This document shows, in pieces, positions 29,950 to 36,940 of a stretch of DNA of 64,000 nucleotides (the stretch's first letter is position 1; every line of letters begins with the position of its first letter). The notes beneath the pieces are model-generated. The model saw nothing but the letters and a program-made list of their open reading frames with translations, was not told where the DNA came from and searched no databases. The stretch lies in assembly GCA_051532055.1 (NCBI GenBank), contig JAOPTX010000038.1:1-64000 (forward strand), written 5' to 3'. Made by a program: the position numbers and the translations under genes. This DNA is from Fibrobacterales bacterium. GTDB taxonomy: Bacteria > Fibrobacterota > Fibrobacteria > Fibrobacterales > JAOPTW01.

Positions 29950-31602
29950 ATGAAATTAGGATATTTAAATTTAATTCTTTGTACACTTATTGCTTTCGGA
30001 TGTAGCGTACCAGAACGTATTGTAAATGGAGGGGTTAGTTCGAACTCTATTAATACTGGGGTATCTTCAGTAGTGTCTTCTGTAAGCTCAAACGAAGGAA
30101 TGAGCAGCGTAGCTCCTAATGGAGACGATTCATTAAAAGTTGACAGTAACAACGTTGACTCTCTTGCGCCTCCAACGTTACAGCAATCATCATCGTCAGA
30201 GGTTGCGAAAGATTTAAGTTCGGATACAATAAACGTTGATTCTATACCTGTCGGAAATAAGTATAAACCTGAGTTTAAGCACGAACCTTTAGCGAGTGAT
30301 ACTGTTTACGTGAGCACGATAGAAGATGTTCCTGAAAAGATAAATGTACTTGTCTCGGATAAAGATAACTCAACTACACTTGTGCTTTCAATATTGGATA
30401 GCGGACACCTAGGAATAATGGAAGTACTCGATAGTAATACGCTTAATTATACTCCACATCCTAACGCGAATGGCGTAGACCTCTTTTTAGTCGCTGTTAC
30501 TGATGGGTTATATAGTGATTCGATATATTTTAAAATTGATATTGAAGCTAGAACTGACGCACCATTAGTAAAAGGGAGCCCCAAGATTAAAGGTGTTGTG
30601 AGGCCTGGATCTACACTGAGCCTTGAGGGAGAGAGAGAGTGTATTAGTCTAGATGGGACTAATCCTGGATTACAAATTAAATGGAAACGAACAAGTGATG
30701 CTGATGAAGCAATTCTTACTGATGTTGGTGGTTCAGAGACATATACCATCAAAAAAGAAGATGTAGGATACTTTTTTTATGTGACGTTACGATGTCATGG
30801 TGAGGGAGAGCTTTCTTCTGCTCTTGGGTTTTCTGATTCTACAGAAATTGTACAAGCGGGGATTACTATTGAAAATGATTCTTTGCAGTTGCCCGATTCC
30901 CTTTCATTGGGGTATACAGTCGATACGTTACGAGCGACTGGAGCATATCAGAATACAGTAAATTATAGTGTTGTGGGAGGGGATAGTTTAGGCATTTTCG
31001 CTATAACTGATTCTATACTTACAATTGCAGATGAGCTGTTGTTTTATGCGGACAATAGCCAGCTTTCAGAAGGGAAAATTCTACTTAAGATTGCAGCAAC
31101 TGATAAGTTTATTTCTGATACTATGACCTATACTGTAGATATCGAAAAAGTATTATATGAAAATGTATTGTGTGGATTTGGCTATGATCATAAAAAATTA
31201 CTTGATATCGAATTTATTCAGTTTGACTCAATTGATCCTTTTAATCCTATTCTCACACTGCAGAAAATTTCAGTTGCTCAGCCTCAAGAACCTCTCTATT
31301 TTATAGAACGAATTGGTGATGAAATTGGATATGTCACAATGGGATTTCCTAATATACTCGATGTAAAAACTGTTACACTCACTGGCTCCCGCACTAAAGG
31401 GGGTGATGTTAGTTATATTGGATTAAAAAGTGGTGGAAAATGGTACTATCAGCCTTATTTAATTCAAGATTATGTGATAAGTGATGTGGATATTTCCATC
31501 GAAGACTTTGGTTTGTCTGAAGTGAAGATTGATTCGTTGGGTATTAAAATAGTTCCGGGTGTTGGTGTCTTAATGGATAGCATTGGCTACTCTAATCATT
31601 AG
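29950..31602 (+). CDS. Modular surface lipoprotein 6: Big_9-like, disulfide Ig, cadherin-like, unknown tip (no LamG)
   Basis: IAFGC lipobox, YTPHPNANG, TYTIKKEDVGYFFYVTLRC, YSVVGGDSLGIFAI; G6 RBS. Confidence 0.78.
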   Translation: MKLGYLNLILCTLIAFGCSVPERIVNGGVSSNSINTGVSSVVSSVSSNEGMSSVAPNGDDSLKVDSNNVDSLAPPTLQQSSSSEVAKDLSSDTINVDSIPVGNKYKPEFKHEPLASDTVYVSTIEDVPEKINVLVSDKDNSTTLVLSILDSGHLGIMEVLDSNTLNYTPHPNANGVDLFLVAVTDGLYSDSIYFKIDIEARTDAPLVKGSPKIKGVVRPGSTLSLEGERECISLDGTNPGLQIKWKRTSDADEAILTDVGGSETYTIKKEDVGYFFYVTLRCHGEGELSSALGFSDSTEIVQAGITIENDSLQLPDSLSLGYTVDTLRATGAYQNTVNYSVVGGDSLGIFAITDSILTIADELLFYADNSQLSEGKILLKIAATDKFISDTMTYTVDIEKVLYENVLCGFGYDHKKLLDIEFIQFDSIDPFNPILTLQKISVAQPQEPLYFIERIGDEIGYVTMGFPNILDVKTVTLTGSRTKGGDVSYIGLKSGGKWYYQPYLIQDYVISDVDISIEDFGLSEVKIDSLGIKIVPGVGVLMDSIGYSNH

Positions 31603-31617
31603 AGGGTTTGAATAGTT

Positions 31618-32496
31618 GTGGTTACTAAAGAGATAGAATCGATTTTAGACAGGGTTGAAGGGGCTTGGCTTGAAAGGCTCTGGCTCTATTGTAAAGAGCA
31701 GTTTTCTTCTGTCTCTATGCCTTCTCATGATCAAATTCATCATCTTCGTGTATGGCAGCGCGCCAAAGAGCTTGTTACAGAGCTAACTTTGGATGGTAAG
31801 GTGTTTACCAGGCAAGAGATAACAAATCTTATCATTGCTATTTTTTTTCACGATGTGGGTCTGACCAAAACCTATGCAAAGCAGCATGGGGTTGTAAGCC
31901 GCAAAATGTGTGTGGATTATTTTCAAGAGTCTCATGAAATTGAGGGTGATGATTTTGCTATTATCCTGGATGCGGTTGAACATCATGATGATAAAGAATA
32001 TAAGAATATGGTGTACTCAAGTACTTCTCAAAAGGCTATCGCTTCAATACTTTGTACATGTGATGACCTTGATGCGTTTGGTGCAATAGGGGTGTTTAGA
32101 TATATCGAAATATATCTTCTCCGGGGTATTGGGGTAGAAGATTTGGCGTCAATGGTTTTAAAGAATTTAGACACACGTTTTGAGAACTTCAAAAAGCTCT
32201 ATAAGCACATCAGTCGTTTTTTTGATGAAGAGTTGAGTAGGTTTAACTACACGGTCCATTGGTTTAGACAACTCGAGAAAGAACTTAAGGAGGGATATAG
32301 TAAATCGATTGAGGGTGGTGCTATAGGAGTTCTTAATGTATTGATGTCTCAGGTAATAGAAGGTGATCAAACAACGGGAACAATATGTGCGCATGTAAAT
32401 TCCACATGTAAGGACCCTTTTGTACATTCGTTCTTTGCTCACTTTAATATTGAAATGAAAAAAGCAGCACACAGAGATTCACTTTACAGAGATTAA
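31618..32496 (+). CDS. HD-superfamily metal-dependent phosphohydrolase
   Basis: HDQIHHLRV, FFHDVG, HG, HH and DDLDAFGAIG motifs. Confidence 0.85.
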   Translation: MVTKEIESILDRVEGAWLERLWLYCKEQFSSVSMPSHDQIHHLRVWQRAKELVTELTLDGKVFTRQEITNLIIAIFFHDVGLTKTYAKQHGVVSRKMCVDYFQESHEIEGDDFAIILDAVEHHDDKEYKNMVYSSTSQKAIASILCTCDDLDAFGAIGVFRYIEIYLLRGIGVEDLASMVLKNLDTRFENFKKLYKHISRFFDEELSRFNYTVHWFRQLEKELKEGYSKSIEGGAIGVLNVLMSQVIEGDQTTGTICAHVNSTCKDPFVHSFFAHFNIEMKKAAHRDSLYRD

Positions 32497-32516
32497 TGTA
32501 AATATTGCGTAAAATA

Positions 32517-32549
32517 GCCCGTTCCTTTTTAAGGTACGGGCAGTTTTTT
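32517..32549 (+). terminator. Intrinsic terminator after the HD gene
   Basis: GCCCGTTCCTT...AAGGTACGGGC followed by AGTTTTTT. Confidence 0.7.
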
Positions 32550-32655
32550 GTCCAAATTTTGAGTGGTATGTTTAACAAAATTTCTATTACTTAAAGTAAT
32601 ATTTGAGCGTTTAATTATTGTTGCGAAGAGTATACATTGGGAGTATATTACTATT

Positions 32656-32734
32656 AGAAACTATATGTTTCTTATATATCTCAATCCCCCAGATTAGAAA
32701 CAGCTCTACTTCGAAAAAGTAGAGCTGTTTTTTT
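32656..32734 (+). ncRNA. Candidate ~79-nt sRNA
   Basis: TTGCGA-N17-TATATT promoter (32621-32649), 5' hairpin AGAAAC/GTTTCT, CCCCC segment and strong terminator AAACAGCTCTACTT/AAGTAGAGCTGTTT plus U-tract; no ORF. Confidence 0.5.
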
Positions 32735-32768
32735 GTCGATTTTAAAGTAGATCTTTTAGAGACTTAGA

Positions 32769-33188
32769 CTATTTGAATGCAAGTACGGCTAATACAAGAA
32801 TAGTTACAATGAAAATTGTCATAATTCGGTTTACTTTACGAATAGCGTATAGAGCAGGGCCCCCATTTTCTTTCTTTGCTTTCTTTAGAAAGCGCATCAT
32901 TAATGAGATGAGGACTAATAAAACAATATAAACAACAATTTTCGCCATAAAGAAATGGTTGAGATGTAGGGTAGAGCCGATAGGAGCAGAGAGAGCGAGT
33001 CCTGTCACGAGGAGTAGCACCATTCCTGATTGTCCAAGTATCGAAAGCTTGAGATACTTCATCATAAATGCTTCACGTTCTTCTTTCTCCATTTTTGCAG
33101 CAATACTTCCAAGAAACCCAAGAGTTATATTGGTGCCAAGACCGAGTGCGAGCCCGATAAAGTGGAGGATTAATAGTGGTTCTCTCAT
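32769..33188 (-). CDS. Four-helix membrane protein (CopD/DUF2269-like)
   Basis: LILHFIG N-terminus, LLLVTG and FMAKI motifs; four TM segments. Confidence 0.7.
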   Translation of the reverse strand: MREPLLILHFIGLALGLGTNITLGFLGSIAAKMEKEEREAFMMKYLKLSILGQSGMVLLLVTGLALSAPIGSTLHLNHFFMAKIVVYIVLLVLISLMMRFLKKAKKENGGPALYAIRKVNRIMTIFIVTILVLAVLAFK

Positions 33189-33303
33189 AGTATGTCCTTT
33201 CTTTAATTAAATACTCTGATTCTAGAAAAATAGTATTTCTTTACTGGAGGTAACAGTCTCAGTATAATCTTGTAGCAGTAAAAACAGCTTTGAAATAGAG
33301 GGA

Positions 33304-34455
33304 TTAAATTCTATTGGCGTAGTGATTATAGGTAAAGCGAGTGTGCTCAATAAATGAGCCGTCTTGTTGAATGGTTCCAATGGAGGGATGTTTAACTCCA
33401 TTAAAATGGTTGGTTTTAACCATAGTGTAGTGGATCATATCTTTAAAAATAATAGTGTCATTAGGCTTTAGTGGTGTTGCAAAGCGATAAAAACCAAGGT
33501 AATCACCAGCCATACAGGTAGTGCCACCTAAGCGGAAGATGGGCTCTATCGAAGTGGTATCTGGTGGCGTCGTCCCAATAAACTCTGCACCTTCGATATC
33601 TGGAAAATAAGGCATTTCGAGACAGTCGGGCATATGTGCAGCAAAAGAGGCGTCAATCATTGCCGTTTTAAAGCGGTTATCAATTATGTCGAGAACCGTT
33701 GTCTTGAGGTATCCTGTATTGAGGCCAATAGCTTCACCTGGTTCGAGGATAACTTGAATATTGTATTGAGTACGGATACGCTTAATAATTGCAATTAAGC
33801 GGCTCTGATCATAACCTTTTCGTGTAATATGGTGTCCGCCTCCCATGTTGAGCCATTTCATGGAGTGTAAAAGTGAGCCGAATTTGTTTTCAAACTGCTC
33901 AAATACTCTCTCTAATGTATCTGATCCTTGTTCGCAGAGAGCATGAAAATGGAGACCTTCAATTCCAGTTAAGTCTGTGTTTTTTAGATTATCTATGGTG
34001 ATGCCAAACCGGGACCCTATGACGCATGGATTATAAATGTCGTGCTCAACTTCGGAGTATTCAGGATTGAGACGGAGGCCACAAGATATGGTATTTTGAG
34101 CACACATGTTTTTATAGCGCCCCCATTCTGTAAGAGAGTTAAAAGTGATATGTGAAGAAAGTGAGATGATTTTTTCAATCTCATCAGGTTGATAGGCGGG
34201 AGCATAGGCGTGGATCTCGCCACCAAAATACTCTGCAGCAAGTTGAGCTTCGTGGAGTGAGCTTGCAGTGGTACCAGGTAAATAGTTTCGAATAAGGGGG
34301 AACGACTCTTTAAAGGCATAACCTTTGAGGGCAACAATAATTTTTCCACCTGATTGTATTTGGATATTATGAAGAGTCTCAATGTTTTTTTTAAGGAGTG
34401 CTTCATCTAAAATAAAACAAGGTGAGGGGATGTGTTGGAGAAGGGTACTATTCAT
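33304..34455 (-). CDS. nspC: Carboxynorspermidine/carboxyspermidine decarboxylase
   Basis: PSPCFILDE, VALKGY (PLP Lys), GLHFHALCEQ, NMGGGHHIT, EPGEA, HMPDCLEMPY, HYTMVK. Start is MNSTLL at 34455. Confidence 0.95.
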   Translation of the reverse strand: MNSTLLQHIPSPCFILDEALLKKNIETLHNIQIQSGGKIIVALKGYAFKESFPLIRNYLPGTTASSLHEAQLAAEYFGGEIHAYAPAYQPDEIEKIISLSSHITFNSLTEWGRYKNMCAQNTISCGLRLNPEYSEVEHDIYNPCVIGSRFGITIDNLKNTDLTGIEGLHFHALCEQGSDTLERVFEQFENKFGSLLHSMKWLNMGGGHHITRKGYDQSRLIAIIKRIRTQYNIQVILEPGEAIGLNTGYLKTTVLDIIDNRFKTAMIDASFAAHMPDCLEMPYFPDIEGAEFIGTTPPDTTSIEPIFRLGGTTCMAGDYLGFYRFATPLKPNDTIIFKDMIHYTMVKTNHFNGVKHPSIGTIQQDGSFIEHTRFTYNHYANRI

Positions 34456-34540
34456 TGAGAGCTCTTTCAAAGGATACTGGTATTGTCGCGCAATCAAAAG
34501 AGGAATTTTGCTTCTGATTGTATAATGTTGGGAGGGTGTA

Positions 34541-35731
34541 TTAAAAAATTGCCCCTTGTTCCTTCCAAGGAAGGCCGTAGAAATTGAGATCATCCATGAA
34601 TGGATCGGGATCAAACTCTTCGACATTAAATACACCGGCGCCTGACCATACACCAGTGAGGAGCATTTTTGCTCCAATCATTGCGGGTACTCCTGTTGTA
34701 TAACCAACAGCTTGTGCTTTTACCTCTGTGTAGCAGGCTGCGTGGTCGCAATTATTGTATACAAAGTAATCCATCGCTTTACCATTTTTAACACCCTTTA
34801 CTTGTACGCCAATACAGGTGAGGCCGGTGTAGTTTTCACCGAGAGATGACGGTTCCGGAAGTACCGCTTTTAAAAACTGGAGTGGTACAATCTTTTGTCC
34901 GTTATATTCAATTGCATCGATACGTGTCATACCTACATTTTGAAGGACACGGAGGTGGGTGATGTACTCTTGACCAAAAGTCATCCAGAAGCGAATACGT
35001 TTAATGTCAGGGAAGTTTTTTACTAATGACTCGAGTTCTTCGTGAAAGAGGAGGTAGCTTTCGCGCTCTCCGATTCCTGGGTAAGTGATAGGCTGATGGA
35101 TTTCCATAGGCTTTGTCACTTTCCAATCGCCATCAAAATATTTGCCATTTTGGGTGATTTCACGGATGTTGATCTCTGGATTAAAATTCGTTGCAAATGC
35201 TTTACCATGATCACCGCCGTTGCAGTCAACAATATCTATGTAGTGCATTTCATCAAAGTAGTGTTTTTTTGCATAGGCAGTATAGACTCCCGTTACACCG
35301 GGATCAAATCCACAACCAAGCAGTGCGGTGAGTCCTTTTTCTTTAAACTTATCTTGATAGGCCCATTGCCATGAGTATTCGAATTTTGCTTCGTCAATTG
35401 GCTCATAATTTGCCGTATCGAGGTAATGAATATTACACTCGAGGCAGGCATCCATTATTGTTAGGTCCTGATAGGGGAGTGCTACATTGATGCAAAGTTT
35501 GGGCTGGTATTTTTTAAAAAGAGCGACGAGCTCTGGTACATTGTCTGCATCGACCTGAGCAGTTGTAACGTCAATATTTAAAGTATTTTTGACATCAGCA
35601 GCAATGGCGTTGCATTTTGACTCTGTTCGACTTGCAAGAATGATATTGGTAAATACATCAGACACTTGAGCACATTTATGTGTGACGACGTTTCCAACAC
35701 CACCTGCTCCGATAATTACAACAGTACTCAT
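34541..35731 (-). CDS. Carboxy(nor)spermidine dehydrogenase (saccharopine dehydrogenase family)
   Basis: IIGAGGVG, NVALPYQDL, YLDTANYE, GCGFDPG, FATNFNPEINIRE; adjacent to nspC. Start is MSTVV at 35731. Confidence 0.93.
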   Translation of the reverse strand: MSTVVIIGAGGVGNVVTHKCAQVSDVFTNIILASRTESKCNAIAADVKNTLNIDVTTAQVDADNVPELVALFKKYQPKLCINVALPYQDLTIMDACLECNIHYLDTANYEPIDEAKFEYSWQWAYQDKFKEKGLTALLGCGFDPGVTGVYTAYAKKHYFDEMHYIDIVDCNGGDHGKAFATNFNPEINIREITQNGKYFDGDWKVTKPMEIHQPITYPGIGERESYLLFHEELESLVKNFPDIKRIRFWMTFGQEYITHLRVLQNVGMTRIDAIEYNGQKIVPLQFLKAVLPEPSSLGENYTGLTCIGVQVKGVKNGKAMDYFVYNNCDHAACYTEVKAQAVGYTTGVPAMIGAKMLLTGVWSGAGVFNVEEFDPDPFMDDLNFYGLPWKEQGAIF

Positions 35732-35790
35732 GAAAACCTCAATGGAAAAAATAGTAGCATAAAGATAAAAATTTGAATGAGTATACAAAC

Positions 35791-35897
35791 AAAAAAAGCT
35801 GCATTTAAGCAGCTTTTTCGTACCCGACCTTTAGATTTCGGAAGACGTTAATATAAGAAGTGGTCAATCAAATAAGCGGTAGTTTCTCAATCACTCT
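35791..35897 (-). ncRNA. Candidate ~107-nt sRNA
   Basis: Minus-strand -10 TATATT (35909-35904) and terminator AAAAAGCTGC-TTAAAT-GCAGCTTTTTTT (35818-35791); no ORF in between. Confidence 0.5.
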
Positions 35898-35930
35898 GAA
35901 ATGAATATATCCATTTTAATCAAAGTTGTC

Positions 35931-35946
35931 TGTGATGGTTGTCACA
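35931..35946. promoter_or_regulatory. CRP/FNR-family binding site
   Basis: Perfect TGTGA-TGGTTG-TCACA. Confidence 0.65.
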
Positions 35947-35952
35947 TTGCTG

Positions 35953-35971
35953 TGTAAATTAAAATTTTACG
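35953..35971. promoter_or_regulatory. TGTAAA-N7-TTTACA-type operator (1 mismatch)
   Basis: TGTAAA-TTAAAAT-TTTACG. Confidence 0.45.
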
Positions 35972-36172
35972 AAACGTAGTGCCATTTCAAAGTAATCCAA
36001 AAAATATTAAGGATAATGCCAATTAAATCTGAACCCTATACCTTTTAGATATGTAGTTCAGTGTAACAAAATGTATCAATTGTGCAAAAAAAAGTATCAA
36101 AGCTTAAATTTTGGTGACACAAAGTAATGGTATATGTGTCTAAGAGATGTAATACAAGGACTGGAGGACAAA

Positions 36173-36283
36173 ATGGCTAAAATAATTAAGCATTCAGTAA
36201 CGAACTTTGTGGATGTACTCAGGAAAACTGTTTTTGGTAGCGCAAAATTTGGGAAAACTTGTTTTCATATACTCGTTGGTTAA
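36173..36283 (+). CDS. Small 36-aa basic protein (below ORF-track cutoff)
   Basis: GGAGG at 36163-36167, 5 nt before the ATG; translation MAKIIKHSVTNFVDVLRKTVFGSAKFGKTCFHILVG*. Confidence 0.55.
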   Translation: MAKIIKHSVTNFVDVLRKTVFGSAKFGKTCFHILVG

Positions 36284-36359
36284 TAGGATCATAAGAGCTT
36301 GCTTTTAAAAGAGTTAAAGTGAGTAAAAGTATTTATATAAAGTAAAATCATTACTAATT

Positions 36360-36376
36360 TATATCTGTTAGATATA
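36360..36376. promoter_or_regulatory. Inverted repeat, likely PadR autoregulatory operator
   Basis: TATATCT-GTT-AGATATA ending 12 nt before the padR start. Confidence 0.5.
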
Positions 36377-36388
36377 TAAGGGCTAGTT

Positions 36389-36940
36389 GTGGCGAAAGAG
36401 AGTCGAACAAAATATGTCATATTGGGTCTACTGGCGAATGGAGCTGAGACAGGATATGATATTAAATGCACCATAGAAAAAAGTATTAGCTTTTTTTGGA
36501 GCGAAAGCTATGGGCAAATTTATCCGGCTCTAAAAAAACTTCAAGAAATACATTGGGTTAAAGAAGCTCAAGGTGAATCAATAAGTAAGCGTGATAAAAA
36601 GACGTATACAATTACTCCAGAGGGATTGGCTGCTCTAGATAACTGGATTGTTTCGAAAACAGAAATGCCAAGCCATCGTGAAGAAGTGTTGTTAAAGCTT
36701 TTCCTTTGCTCACGCTCAGGTAGTGATGCCGCTGAAAAAATTCTACGTGAACACCAAGATCAGTTTGTAGAAAAACGAGAAGAACTTCTGTCGATTGAGA
36801 AGATGCTTATGGAGATGGATCATCCCTCAAAAGAGTTATGGCTTGCGACACTGCGTTTTGGTTTGACGAGCTGTGAACAAAGAGTGAAGTGGAGTCAAGA
36901 CACGATAATACAATTGAGAAAGGCGAATATTATAAAATGA
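36389..36940 (+). CDS. PadR family transcriptional regulator (long, AphA-like C-terminus)
   Basis: ILGLL...GYDI...FFWSESYGQIYPALKKL...KKTYTIT.EG and LLKLF motifs. Confidence 0.92.
   Translation: MAKESRTKYVILGLLANGAETGYDIKCTIEKSISFFWSESYGQIYPALKKLQEIHWVKEAQGESISKRDKKTYTITPEGLAALDNWIVSKTEMPSHREEVLLKLFLCSRSGSDAAEKILREHQDQFVEKREELLSIEKMLMEMDHPSKELWLATLRFGLTSCEQRVKWSQDTIIQLRKANIIK

Noticed and set aside
34456..34677. ORF-track N-terminal extension of nspC (similarly at 7156, 20501, 36889, 35788, 56547)
   Set aside because: Extensions overlap neighbouring genes or lack family similarity; downstream starts fit the family N-termini and RBS or coupling better.
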